Positions 1-12,554 of a stretch of 64,000 bases of DNA are shown piece by piece. Every line of letters begins with the position of its first letter. The first letter of the stretch is position 1. The DNA is from Octopus sinensis (taxonomy: Eukaryota): NCBI RefSeq assembly GCF_006345805.1, contig NW_021833047.1:22952-86951 (forward strand), read 5' to 3'. The notes under the pieces were generated by a model. The model was not told the origin of the DNA, made no database searches, and saw nothing but the letters and a program-made list of their open reading frames with translations. Made by a program: the position numbers and the translations under genes.

Positions 1-2025
1 GAGGATCCATGTGTGGGGGATGCTATCAAACGCCTTTTTGTAGTCAATCCAGGCCATACTGAGGCCTTTCTTCTTTCTGTGGCTGTCTTCAGTTATGGCT
101 TTTAATCATTAGTTGATCTTTACAGCCATATGAGCCTTTGCGGCATCCTTTCTGCTCTTCTGGGAACAGTTTGTTTTCGTCCAAGTGCTTGTTCAGCCTT
201 TGTGATATCACTTCAGTAAATGCCTTGAACATAGTAGGGAGGCAGGTTATTGGTCTGTCGTTTTCTGGTTTTTCTGTTTCATTTGATTTGGGAATTAAGA
301 TGGTTTTCCCCTTCGTGAGCCATTCAGGCATTGTCTCTGGCTCTGCTAGTACGTTGTTAAAGTTTTCAGCCAGCTTTTTGTGCATTCCTGTTAGATATTT
401 CAACCAGAAGTTGGGGATCTTGTCATGCCCAGGTGCCTTCCAGTTGCTTAGTTTTTGCAGTGCCTGGGTGACCTCTTCAGTTGTTATGGGGGTCCAAAGT
501 TGCTCAGATGCCGAGTTTGTTATTCTGATACTCCTTTTTTTGGTGGTTCGTTCGCCGACCATATTTCTCCCCAGAATTCTTCCAATTCTTCTGCCGTTGG
601 TGCTGCAGTGACTTCTATTTTATTTTTTCCCAGTTCTTGGTAGAACTTTTGGGGTTGGAGTTGAACTTTTTGTTTTCTTCAAAGAAGCGTTGGCGTTTCT
701 CGTACCGGCAGATCCTTTGTGCTTTGGCAAGGATATCTTGCTTCAGCTTTTCTTTTATTTCAGGCAAATCTTTCTGTGTGATGTTATATTTGCGGAGTAT
801 TTTTGTTCTCTTTTTGTTGCTCAGTAGCGTTGATTGTTTGCTGATTTCATTAAGAATCGACAGGTCTTTTCTAATTTTTTTTATTTTGCTTTGGATGTTA
901 TTTATCCACAGGGTTTGTTTGGGTGGTGGTACTCCTGTTTGGGCGGGTTTGGGTGAGTATCCAGCTTCTTTTGTGGCTGCAGTGGCTGCTGCGTATATTA
1001 GGTTATTTAGCTCAGTGATATCACTTTTTTTTGTTTCAGTGGCTATCAGTTCAGTGACGGCTAGGTTTATGCTGTTTATAATTGGTGTTGTTATTTTGTT
1101 TATTTTGATTCTTGGGAGGTATGGTCGGTGGTCCATTTTGAGCTCTGTGGTTTTCAGTTCTTTGATTATTTTATTTTTTATATTATCATAATCATTAGGC
1201 TCCCCTTCGTTGTTTACATCGTGTTTGTGGGAATGTTGCGTTTGTCTTCGTGTTTTACAGTTTCAGTGTTTATATTATTGGGCATTGTTGTGTGGCTTCT
1301 ATCTACATTTTCCTGGTGTATGTTTTCTTTTAGGTGTTCTATTTCTATTTCTGATATTTGTTTTGTGTTGAGAATGTATCTTCGTACGTTAGCTAATTTA
1401 TTAGGGTTCATTGCTGTATCCAAGTCTATATCTCTAATATTTTCCTTCCATATTTTATATGTGTGTTGTTGTATTTTTATTTTTTGGGTAGAGTACTGCT
1501 GTGAAGTATGCGTGTAAGATAGAAATGTATTCCTCACGTGTCCATTTACGTCTTTTGGGTTTTATTTGCGGGACATGAGGTACAACGTCCGGCCCATTAT
1601 TTTGACGGTCGTCATTTTCGTAGGGTACCGGTCCGTTTATTTCTGTTGTCACATTATTTCGCACGTGTAGTTTTTCGTACATTTTTTGTTGTAAGTTTAA
1701 TGTACGTACCGCTCGATTGTTATTCTTGGGTTGAATAGTATCGGTGGCATTTAATTTCTTCGTAGTTCCTTTGTACATGGTGTTTGGGGTCGGGGATGAT
1801 CGTGATGTTCCACGCATGTTTACATGTGTTGTGTTAGAGGTGGAGATAATATCGAGTCAAAATACATCATTTCGTTTCAAAAATAGTAATAAATTTCAAT
1901 TAGTATTACTTACTCGGATACAGTCCAATTCTTTGTTAGTAAATCTTTGGCTCCATAGGATGTCCTTGTTTTCGATGTTTGTGGATAGATTTCGGAGCTC
2001 TGTATTTTCCTACTTACATCTTAAA
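1..2025 (-). mobile_element. R4/Dong-like (RLE-type) non-LTR retrotransposon, 5' portion, frameshifted; continues past the window start
   Basis: Minus ORFs 1455-1817 (RRKWTREE...), 1214-1537, 615-1136 and 89-562 (KAPGHDKIPNFWLK...RPITCLPTMFK...EQKGCRKGSYGCKDQL, an RT N-terminus). Near-identical to the plus-strand copy at about 43805-44650. Confidence 0.85.
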
Positions 2026-2093
2026 CGTCCCCGGTGTTCTCTCTTCCGTTCCCGGTGTTCTTTTCCGTTCCCGGTGTTCTCTTCCGTCCCCGG

Positions 2094-2152
<59 letters not shown>
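2026..2152. repeat. About 4 copies of a ~20-bp unit (CCGGTGTTCTYTTCCGTYC) followed by (ATT)n
   Basis: Directly visible. The (ATT)n reads as a (TAA)n tail for the LINE to its right on the minus strand. Confidence 0.9.
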
Positions 2153-5100
2153 TATGTTTGACTTTTGCTTTATGTCTGTACAAGTTGGCTCCAAGTCTCA
2201 CCCAGAGACCTCAAGGGACAACAGGTTGGAAGTTCTGTGCCATATATTTGGGTTTTTTTTTGGTGTTGTACTAGTGAATGTCTAATACATAAAAAAAATT
2301 TTAAAAAAGTTTGTTTTAAACCTTGGGATTACATAGAGAGTATTTTGCGTAGGATATGAGCAGTTCCCATGAGCACTATCTTTTGAATTTCTGCCATTTT
2401 GGGGTTTCCTGGTATCTGAGTTAGGTAGCAATCAGTCCCTTTCGCTATCATTCCCAGGGCACCTATGACAACAGGTATTGTTTTAGTCTTCAGCTTCCAC
2501 ATTTTGCTGATTTCTATTTCAAGATCTTTATATTTGCTCAGTTTTTGGTAGGTCTTGACAGATACGTTTATATCGATTGGGACAGTCATATCAATGAGGA
2601 GGCATGTTCTTTGTCTGAAGTCTTTCAATATGATGTCTGGCCTATTTGCATCTATCTGCCTGTCAGTTTGAATGGTGAAGTTCCAGAGGAGTGAGATGTG
2701 GTCATTTTCAAGCACTGGAGGTGGATTGTGTTCTCACCAGTTTTTTTCATGGGGCAAATCCAGGTTTTTGCAAATTACCCAGTGAATATATTGTGCAGCT
2801 CTGTCATGCCTGTTGAGGTACTCTGTAGGCGCTAGAAGACTGCATTTGGAGACAACATGATCAATGGTTTCATTTTGTTGTCGGCATACACGACATGTTG
2901 GGCTACTGCCGTTCTTTAATATGTTGGCCTGGTAGTTTCTTGTTGGTAGGCATTGATCTTGAGCTGCTATGATAAACCCCTCTGCTTCAGATTTTAAGCC
3001 AGAGGCCATTAGCCATTGATGGGTCAGGGCTTTGTCAATATCTGCATTATTCGCTCTCTTTGGGTATTTGCCATAGAGAGGTCTTTCTTGCCATTTATTA
3101 TTCAGAATATCTAAGGCCGCAGTTTTGGCACGGGTTTTCATGCGCCTAGCTTTTTCTGTGCTTGTTTCTTGTATGTCTATCTCTAATTCCGAAATTGGTT
3201 GTATTCGGAATTCACTTAGATATTCCTTTGCCTGTTTTGTGACTGAGTATGATGCTTTCTTGTTTTTTCATGTTTTGAGACAAGTTTTAACATCCAGTCC
3301 TCAGAGTCCTCACGGCCTCCCTCTTTTCTTGGCAGATAAAGTCGTTCTGTATCTGCCTTAGGGTGGTGCATTCTATGCATTGTCAACAGTTTTCGTATTT
3401 TTCTGTAAAGATTACATATTTCAGTAATTGACCAGTTAACAATATTGAAACTGTAAGTCACGACTGGTATGGCTAATGCATTGATCGCTTCGATCCTGTT
3501 TCTTGCATTCAGCTCTGTCTTGAGTATTGCTCTCACTCTTCGATAACACTCTCTCCTGATCCTTTTCTTCATCTCTGAATGCCTTATTCCGTTCCCTTCA
3601 ATTACCCCTAGGTACTTGTAGCTCTCCGCTGGGTCTAGTTCTTTTATGACATTCTGCTGGTCAAGGTTAACGTTAGATGTTTCTGTCATTTTTCCTTTGA
3701 TAAAGGTAGCTTTTGCACATTTATCGAGGCCGAATTGCATTCTGATGTCGTCACTGAATTGTTTGACTATCGCTAGTAAGCCCTTGAGTTGTTGGTCATG
3801 TTTTGCAAAAAGCTTTAAATCATCCATGTAAATGAGATGATTTATATTTTTATCAAACATGTTATACCCGTACTGCGCGTCATTGAGCAGCTTTGAGAGA
3901 GGTATTAAAGATAAACAAAAGAGGAGTGGTGACAGTGAGTCACCCTGGAAAATGCCACACGAAATTTTTACATCACCAGCATTTAGGGATTCATTGTCCC
4001 TGTTCAGAGTTAGTGTGGTTCTCCATGATCTCATACTTACAGTCAAGATGTTTCGCAGAGTAGGTGCTATCTTATACATTTCCAGGCATTTCCTAATCCA
4101 GCTATGTGATAGGCTATCAAAAGCCTTTTTATAGTCTATCCAGGCTATTGATAAGTTTTTGTGTCGTTTGTGACAATCTTCTAAGATCATCTTATTGATG
4201 AGTAGTTGGTCTTTACAGCCGTAGGATCCACGTTTACATCCTTTTTGTTCATTAGGGAATATGATGCTGTCTGTTAAAAAACTATAGGTATATTCCGTCA
4301 GGACAGATGTTAGCGTTTTGTACATAGTTGTTAAGCAGGTTATGGGTCTATAGTTTTTTTGTTCATTTGTTTCTTCACTTTTTGGAGGCAGGAATGTTAA
4401 CCCATTAACTAGCCAAGCAGGCATCCTACTAGGGTGTTTCAAAACATCATTGTACAGTTCTGTTAGCAGTTCATGGCTCTCTGGGAAGGCATTCAGTCAG
4501 AAGTTAGGAATTTTATCCTTTCCTAGAGACTTCCATTTGCTTGACCTCCTGAGAGCAGATCTTATATCTTCTACCTTGACACCCTCTCACTTTTGCTCTT
4601 CTAAGGGGTCCAATTCTGTAGATATTCTGTCAATCTAGGGGCCTTTTCGTTGTGTGTTTTTTCTTCTGCCCAAATTTTATTCCCAAATCCCTGCACTTCT
4701 TCTTTTGATGGTACAGACCTTGCAGTAAACGCTGTTTTTCCTATCTTCCTGTAAAAATTCTTGGGGTTATTTTTGAACATGTTGTTGTCCTTGAAAAATC
4801 TAACACGCTTTTCATACCTCGCTATGCGGGCAGCTTTGGCAGATACCTTTGTTTGATGGTTTCTATGGTGGCATCAATATCAAGTATAGTTTTCATATTG
4901 TATTTTTTCATTAATTTTGGGTTTTTGTAGGTTTGGTAGTCTTGTGAGCCTTAAGGATTTTCAAATATTTAATGTCAGATCTAAATATTTTAATTTGTTG
5001 TTGCAGACGCTCTTGCCAGAAGGCTTTTTGTGGGAATGTTGCGGTTTTCTAATCTTTACACCGCATAGGATCGTTGAGATTTTCGCGGATGCATAGTATA

Positions 5101-6130
5101 GGTGGTTGAGTTTGTGACATCAATATCATTAGCTGAAATTATATCCTTAAGTGCAAGCCGGATTTTACCAATTATTTTCATGTTTTGGTTAGAGTTGCGG
5201 ATTTTAGGGAGTGTATCACGTTCGTCCATGCTGGTTTCTTTAATTTTCAGCCATTCAATCATGATTTGATTTTTTAGCTCATGTATTCTGTTGGGTGGGT
5301 CAATATTTGTGTGACTTTCTTTATCTATTTGATGCTCATCTGTCTTAGTGTTTATGATTGGTTCAGGGAGTATTTCACTTTGCCTATCACTTATACTAAC
5401 TCTTTCAATCCTCACTTCGTTTTTATCAGCCCTGGGCTGGTCTATAATTATTTCCTCTGTATTATCTTCTCTAGCTGCAGCTTCGTTCATTTTATCCGAT
5501 ATTGCTTGTCTAACTTGATCAATCTGTACTTCAGTCAGTAATTTTTTTTTATAATGTTTCTGCTGACGTTGGCAAGTTTGTTACTGTCTATGTAGGGTCT
5601 TACTTCAGGGTGTTTCTGTCTCCAGTTTAAGTATGCTTGTACAGTGTTAGATTTATCTGTGGGGAAATATATGGCATGGTAGAAGGCCTCAAGAACTTCT
5701 TTATATCTTCCCTAGACCATTTTTCCTTCTTTTTCTTTTGATTATTTGGTGATGAGCATGGATGGCCATCTGTTGGAATATTCCGGTTGTGGGGTACGTC
5801 CAGCCCCTGTGTGTTGAGAAGATTGATCCAGTAGCTGATTTTTCAATCAGAATTTGGTTAAATTTTCGGTACGTGGTCTTTTGTAATCCGCGCAACGACC
5901 AATGCGGTTTATTGTTTGATTTGTTGACCTTGAAGCATGACGAGCTTCCATTCTTATATTAGGAGATGGATCTGTCAGTTTAGGGTTCTCTACATGTAAG
6001 CATTGCTCATAGCGCAGCTTCTTAAGGCTAGCAGATATATATTCGTCTGTATTTTTTTTGTTGATAGTTTTATCTCCGAACATTTTTTTTCCTCCTCTTC
6101 CTTTCTTCAAGGCTCACTCTGCCTGTATTA
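2153..6130 (-). mobile_element. R4/Dong-like non-LTR retrotransposon, near full length, degraded
   Basis: RT 3216-4442 (DYKKAFDS, GIFQGDSLSPLLF, YMDD), CCHC knuckle 2734-3141 (CRVC...ETIDHVVSKC), restriction-like endonuclease 2329-2715 (RPDIILKD...LIDMTVP...K.SKYKDL), 3' (TAA)n tail. Confidence 0.9.
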
Positions 6131-6936
6131 GTTCGAAATAATGAGAATAAAATACGGGGAAGAAAAAGAAAAAAAGGGAAAAAGACGGGATCTGTCAGTT
6201 ATTATTGTTATTACTATCACCTTCACCACCATCACCATCATTAGCAACATCACCATCACCATCATCATCATCAATGATATTGTTTTATGTGTAGCCACAG
6301 CCACCATCAACACTCCTACTGCCATTGTGTGGGAGAATGGTTGGTTAAAGAATTCATGCTATTTGGGTCTATAAATAGATTCGGCAGATGGTGGAGACAA
6401 AGGACGTTAATGGTCAGTAAAAGGTCAAACCTGTTTACATTTATTTATTTAATTTCCTTTTTCTTTTCTCTTTTCTTCCTCTTCACATGCATATGTATAT
6501 GTATATGTATATTCACTCACACATATTATCTGATGTTTTCGTCGATGATTTTTTTTTTTTTTTAAACTTTCTGAGTTCAATGTTATGTATATATTTTTAA
6601 ATTTCTGAATTCAGTTTTATGTATATAGTAGTAGGTGCTTAATTCCATAACTTTTTATCGTGCATTTAATTGTGTTGTTACAATAAAAGGTAATTTAAAA
6701 GGCAATTTTACACATTCTTATAGTCATGAGAGACGACTAAATGTAAATGTTCACACAGAATTGGAGATATTTATGTTTCTAATTTTTCTTGTTAGGTGTA
6801 CGTTTGTATGAGCTGTAGATATGTACGTTTTTAAACTTATTTTGAGGGAAATTCAAATTACTCACAGAAAACAGTAGATCTTCCAGTTTTCTACGGTTGT
6901 TTTTTTCAGTTGTCCTGCTGGGTTCGCTGTTGCCAA

Positions 6937-6981
<45 letters not shown>

Positions 6982-7369
6982 TAGCAGTAGTAGTAGATTT
7001 ATTTCATTTTCTAATTTTCTAATTGAAAGATATATGGGACCTCGAACTAAACTCATGCCATAGACTGAGTGGCTGCAACATTTGGAGCGCCGGAACGCAA
7101 GAGTCACAGCAGGAAATATTGATGTTTGTTAACTTACAGAATAGGACGACGTGGCGATTGCTGGTGAACTTAATTCAATGAAAGTTTAATATTCACAAAC
7201 AAGAAAAGACAAAAAGAAAACTAACAAGAATATTTTACTGCAAAATAAATGAATACACTTTCGAAATATTAAGTGAGATTTATGCGAAGGACATCATTGC
7301 TAGACATAGCGGTTCTAAAGATATGTTTAACAGATCCCGATCAAAATACTGACAACAGCACACAAACAA

Positions 7370-7394
7370 ACACACACTCAAACACGCACACACC

Positions 7395-7432
<38 letters not shown>

Positions 7433-7737
7433 TACACATGCACGCGCACACACACGCACACACACTCGCACACACACACACACATTCTCTCTCTCTTACG
7501 CCTTCTCTCATTGAATCTGACTCGTACACGCAGACATGAAGATATTTTGTTTAAACTAAATAATTCTGTTTATTTTGAATTTAGTAATGGAGGCAACGAA
7601 CCCAGCTTACAAACGAAAAATATTGTATATGAAGCGTTGGATTAGCAAAGTGTACGGCGTAGAACTACAAAATAATAAATACAACGTGATTGATTTTCAT
7701 CTGAAACAATAAAGCAAGCGAGAGAAAAGAGATGGAA

Positions 7738-7771
<34 letters not shown>

Positions 7772-7815
7772 ATGAAAGAAAGAAAGATAGAAAGAAAGAA
7801 AGATAGAAAGAAAGG
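7370..7815. repeat. (CA)n and (GAAA)n microsatellites
   Basis: Directly visible; they explain the ORFs at 7273-7539 and 7665-7865. Confidence 0.9.
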
Positions 7816-8261
7816 TGATCAGAATTGTGAACAATTTTGATTTGATCCAGGTTGAGGATTTTCATTCGTTTATGGATGAGTTACCCAATTTGGTTCCAAA
7901 TTTCTTCATTTTATACGTGAAAAAAATTAAATCTGTGTTTCACACATTCAGTTAATCTTCTGTAATTATTTTACGTAATTTAAGTAAAACTCGTATCATA
8001 TCCTCATATAGTGTAAGATATCTTTTCGTCTCCCTCACAGACTAATGTCATCTACACACAATTTATATATTACACCCCAGACATGCATTATTTTCATCAT
8101 CAAAGATATTGAGAATATTTACTGACAGTCACGTGACGAAAACGTTCTCTTTCACTGAACCTAAACACACAACCTTTTGACAAAACGTTGCCTTTTCTCT
8201 TTTCTCTTTGGTAATCTCGTGTCTCAATCCGAAATTCTGTGCTAAACGCATCAGTCAAACC

Positions 8262-8267
8262 TTTATT
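8262..8267 (-). promoter_or_regulatory. Candidate polyadenylation signal AATAAA of PAN gene A
   Basis: About 160 nt downstream of the in-frame TGA at 8429. Conserved at the equivalent position in paralog B (56542-56547). Confidence 0.45.
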
Positions 8268-8428
8268 AGAACCACCACTCCGGAACAAAACTATACAATA
8301 ATTCTTCAACACACACCAATCTACATAGACTAGAGAAATCGCAGCAACTTTTCAAATGCTGACAGTATTGTCTCTCTTTAGACTAAAACATAGAATACAA
8401 GTGAAGGAATGAAATAAACCCAGAAGAT

Positions 8429-8700
8429 TCAAATTTTTTTACCGTCTGTATAATTGGTCGGCACAGATCTTCTCAACTGATAAAAATCGGTATTAGTTGC
8501 GCCTATTAGCATTTTCTCTGTTGCGTCATCTTTGTATAAAATACAGCTTGGACTTATCGTTCTGCTCACGAAGGATTTACATGCAGAAGATTCAAAACAC
8601 CTCTTCGAACAGTCGTAGGCATCCACATCAAGTGTCATCAATGTTTTACCTTCCTTGAGAAGACAGTTTCCTACTTTTATAAAATAGTTCAGATGTTCAA
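8429..8700 (-). CDS. PAN gene A exon 3: PAN/apple domain (EHLNYFIKVGNC...DCSKRCFESSACKSF...SCILY...NYTDG[KKI*])
   Basis: Acceptor ttgttacAG at 8702-8701, phase 1, and a C-x3-C-x5-C-K-S-F-x8-C PAN pattern. The exon either ends at a phase-1 donor (GTAAAA, exon end 8443) or reads through to TGA at 8429. About 77% amino-acid identical to 56707-56972. Confidence 0.8.
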
Positions 8701-9433
8701 CTGTAACAAAGTCAGGAAAATTAAACAACCAAAGTACGAAGACGAAAATAAAAGATTTTCGAAATAGATAATATAAAGAGAGAGAATATTAAATGTTTGA
8801 CGATCAATACTGATATTTTTACCAGGAAGAAGTGATAAATTTGTTACTACCATAATGTAGGGATAATTAATCCATTCTATTATTTAAATGATTCATATGA
8901 TATGTTCTGTAATGTTTTATGCTTGTGTATTGTAAAGTTTGCCCGATTATCAGAACTTAATTTTAATAAAATGCCTACAAACTGACGAAAAACTGAAATA
9001 CAACGAGTACGAAGAGCTTACTTTCAGAACCACATCTATGCCTCTGAATGGCTTTTGAGTAATTGTTAATAGCAACAACTTGAATATATCTGATTTTGAC
9101 TGGAATACTAAGATTCGCCTCCTGTCTATGTAACATCTATCCCAGTTTGACTGAAAAAAATTTCACGTGCGTGAAATTACAGATTGTATTTTAATGGTTA
9201 TCATGAAACCGACCAAAGATGCACTTATATTGGTTTTGAAAGTAACTCCTTATTATGTTAAGAATTGAATTCACCATCATACGGCTGTTTCGTATTGAAC
9301 TAAAAATTATAAATTTTCTTTTCAACAAATTTATTTTGAGATGGAACATATTTTCCTATACTGAACTTATAAATTAAATTTTTGCATTCTGATTTTTCAT
9401 AATTTTCATAGATATTAATATAAATCTACTCAC

Positions 9434-9469
9434 GTCCATTTCCAAATGTCAATGAGATGTAGAAGAGAA
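9434..9469 (-). CDS. PAN gene A exon 2: signal-peptide core (FLFYISLTFGNG)
   Basis: 36 nt, ttttcgttgcAG acceptor and GTGAGT donor, phase 1-1. Conserved in the paralog at 57526-57561. Confidence 0.8.
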
Positions 9470-10334
9470 CTGCAACGAAAATTTATTTTGTAAAATATTT
9501 TATATTCCATGTCCACGTTTAACATTAATTTACAAACATTAAAGACGAAAAGATTAAGAAAGAGAAGTGTTATATGCATAATTCGATAATAAATACGACG
9601 ATGACCACCACCACATCACCATAAAAATATAATGCGAGAGTTGACCACATTCTTTCTGCTGATCCATTCCTTGTCAAACCCAATTATGTTCTTAGAAAGG
9701 AATCTATGTCCACTGGATCATGTACCATCATTTGGAGACAAGAACGGTTAGGAAGGGATAAAACATCAAAGACGATACATAATAACCACCTGACCACAAT
9801 CGGGGAAATGACAGACAAAGATATCAAAAAGAAATCGTACAAGGATAAATTTATCAAAGAATGAAACAATAATATTTGTACTCAGATTGATATCGCAATT
9901 ACTTTTTGCAAAAACATTTCCTGGTGAGAGATGTGGAAACTGTCAATATTCACGATCCATGAATTTAAAATGAACAAGAATCAGGTATGAATTTGAAAAC
10001 GATATGACTGAAGTACAAGATAAAAGCCATATCAACGATATTCTCAGTTCAAAAGATGATCCAGTTAAACCCGGCCCACATGGTACGCAAGACACTTTCA
10101 ATTTAGCCGTACATCTCAAATAGTTCCCTATATAATCACCGACCAATAAAATATTTACATTTTACACAACACATACTGTAAAGAATCACAGCGAAACAAT
10201 GTAACACAACACATTCTCCAGACATTAACTGATCCAATAAAATAAACAAAATATATTCATAAATATATGCGAGAAAATAAAATTTAAAGAAAATTTGAAG
10301 AGAAACTATCTAATGAAATACAACCCAAAATATT

Positions 10335-10539
10335 TATTCATGCATAAACAATATATATACACACACATATATATACACACACATATATAAATACACACAC
10401 ACACACACACATATATATAATTATTTGTATATTCATGTCTCTCTCTATATATATATACATATATACATACATACATACATACATATATACATACATACAT
10501 GCATGCATACATACATACATACATACATACATACATACA

Positions 10540-10575
<36 letters not shown>

Positions 10576-10726
10576 TATACAGATATATAATTCAGTGTAC
10601 ATTTACACAAACGAAGTGACCCTAGCAGGACACCATACACGCTAAAAGGAGCAGTCAAAGCCCAAACCACGGTTAAGAGTAATTTCGAAGGGAATGAAAA
10701 ATAAAAACATTTTCAATAGTTAGCAC

Positions 10727-10800
<74 letters not shown>
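10335..10800. repeat. (TA)n/(CA)n/(TACA)n compound microsatellites
   Basis: Directly visible. Similar tracts occur at 11230-11630, 11900-12075, 12557-12670, 13530-13620 and 13915-14090. Confidence 0.9.
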
Positions 10801-10805
<5 letters not shown>

Positions 10806-11038
10806 AAATACAACACACACAATATAATATATATACATGCATGTATATAATAAATGAAAACAGAAGATGGAATATACAAAGATATATTATTAATCACAAC
10901 AATTGTTTCGACATATCTAGCATCGACTCCTGTGTGTGTATATATAAAAATACACAACACACATTAATAGTAATGGTAAGACAGCAAAAGAATGAAAGGG
11001 AACTCGATATTATGTAAATAGAGGAATTTATTTGTAAT

Positions 11039-11228
11039 ATATGTGACAATTATTCGGTTGCTGTGATAAAACTCCGAGTTTCGGATGTCGGGGCGGAAAC
11101 CTGCACCGGCATCTCTTCAATCATCGACGCAATTAATTACCTCGATGACTGAAGAGATGATGGTGCAGGTTTCCGCCCCGACATCCGAAACTCGTTTTAT
11201 CATGGCAACCAAATAATTGTCACATATT
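11039..11228. repeat. Imperfect fold-back (inverted repeat, ~88-bp arms, ~15-nt loop) with a hammerhead-like motif
   Basis: The arms are reverse complements. The right arm has CTGAAGA (11149-11155) and CCGAAAC (11185-11191). Confidence 0.8.
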
Positions 11229-11299
11229 ATATTACAGATATTATATATATATATAAATAAATAAATAATATATATATAGATAAATAAATATAAAAATAG

Positions 11300-11352
<53 letters not shown>

Positions 11353-11373
11353 GTATGTATAATGTATTATATA

Positions 11374-11422
<49 letters not shown>

Positions 11423-11557
11423 TATATATGTATGTATATATATACACACATGCAGATATGGGTACAGGACGTCACCAACAATAAATATGAAATACGAAAA
11501 CAAATGAATTAAATACACAAACAACGAGAGAAAAATGGAAAATTTGACAAATAATAC

Positions 11558-11633
<76 letters not shown>

Positions 11634-11724
11634 TGGTGTGTTCTTGCGTGGCCTTAGTCGTAATAGCTAATTGTTAGATAATTAAAACATGACATATTAG
11701 ATGTATAATAAAAGGTTTACATAC

Positions 11725-11755
11725 AAATAATTTGAAGACAATTCCTCTCCAACAT
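11725..11755 (-). CDS. PAN gene A exon 1 (MLERNCLQII)
   Basis: ATG at 11755, 31 nt, GTATGT donor in phase 1. The paralog at 58750-58780 has the same structure. Exons 1+2+3 total 339 nt, giving 112 aa plus stop. Confidence 0.75.
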
Positions 11756-11944
11756 CCTTTCTGTTTTCAGGAGCAAGGATGGCTGTCGAGAATGATATGC
11801 TACTAGTTTAATCTATTTTCTTTATGAAGGATGATTATGGCATGAATTTCTAACGTATTAACATATTGACTTACAGCCTATTTATGAAGGTATGTCATTA
11901 AATGATACAAACATATACATATATATAATATATCATTTATTACT

Positions 11945-12004
<60 letters not shown>

Positions 12005-12035
12005 GTATATATGCATGTATATTTGTGCATATACA

Positions 12036-12071
<36 letters not shown>

Positions 12072-12076
12072 TACAC

Positions 12077-12554
12077 TGGCGAAAATAAATTTAAGACCGA
12101 TGATAAAAGTTCTCTTTCTTACACAACTTTTGCTACTAACACCATACAAATTATTTTTATCTTTTACACCTTATGCAGAATTTATTTCTCTTTCGAATGA
12201 TGCAGACAATAACTATTTTATACTACTTGAAGAATTCTAAAGCTAAATTAATATAAACGTTTCAAATTTACCGGCAAAATTAATTTAAGACCATGTAATA
12301 TGTATGCAAATTTTTTGCCAAAATGAGTACTAAGTACTAATATGTATTTCGTTCTTGTTGCTGATTTTTGCTACAATCTTAAGCTTTAAATAAAATTATA
12401 ATGATGCGGTCTTAAACTAATAGTTATTGTCTGCGTCATTCGAAGAGAAATAAATTCTGCATAAGGTGTAAAAGAAATAAATAATTTGTATGGTGTTAGT
12501 AACAAATATTTTGTAAGAAATAGAACTTTATCATCGGTCTTAAATTATTTTCGC

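Noticed and set aside
138-1191. Long plus-strand ORFs opposite the LINE, also at 43713-44410 and 44579-44947
   Set aside because: They are antisense shadows of LINE coding sequence.
2026-2098. Short direct repeats considered as a CRISPR-like array
   Set aside because: There are no unique spacers, the context is eukaryotic, and no cas genes are present.
8100-8312. 70-aa minus-strand ORF just downstream of PAN exon A
   Set aside because: It is not conserved as an ORF in paralog B and has no recognisable motif.
8268-8375. Possible fourth coding exon (ERQYCQHLKSCC...; paralog ERQYCRHLKSLY... at ~56535-56662)
   Set aside because: It would need introns of only 67 and 52 nt, and the two paralogs lose frame with each other near the end. 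A conserved 3' UTR is the better explanation.
9670-10150. Moderately complex insert in gene A intron 1 with short ORFs
   Set aside because: No recognisable domain or splice signals; it is absent from paralog B and is probably an old TE fragment.
10306-12240. Many ORFs of YIYI/MYVC/HTHT/IIII type, here and throughout the window
   Set aside because: They are translations of microsatellites, not genes.
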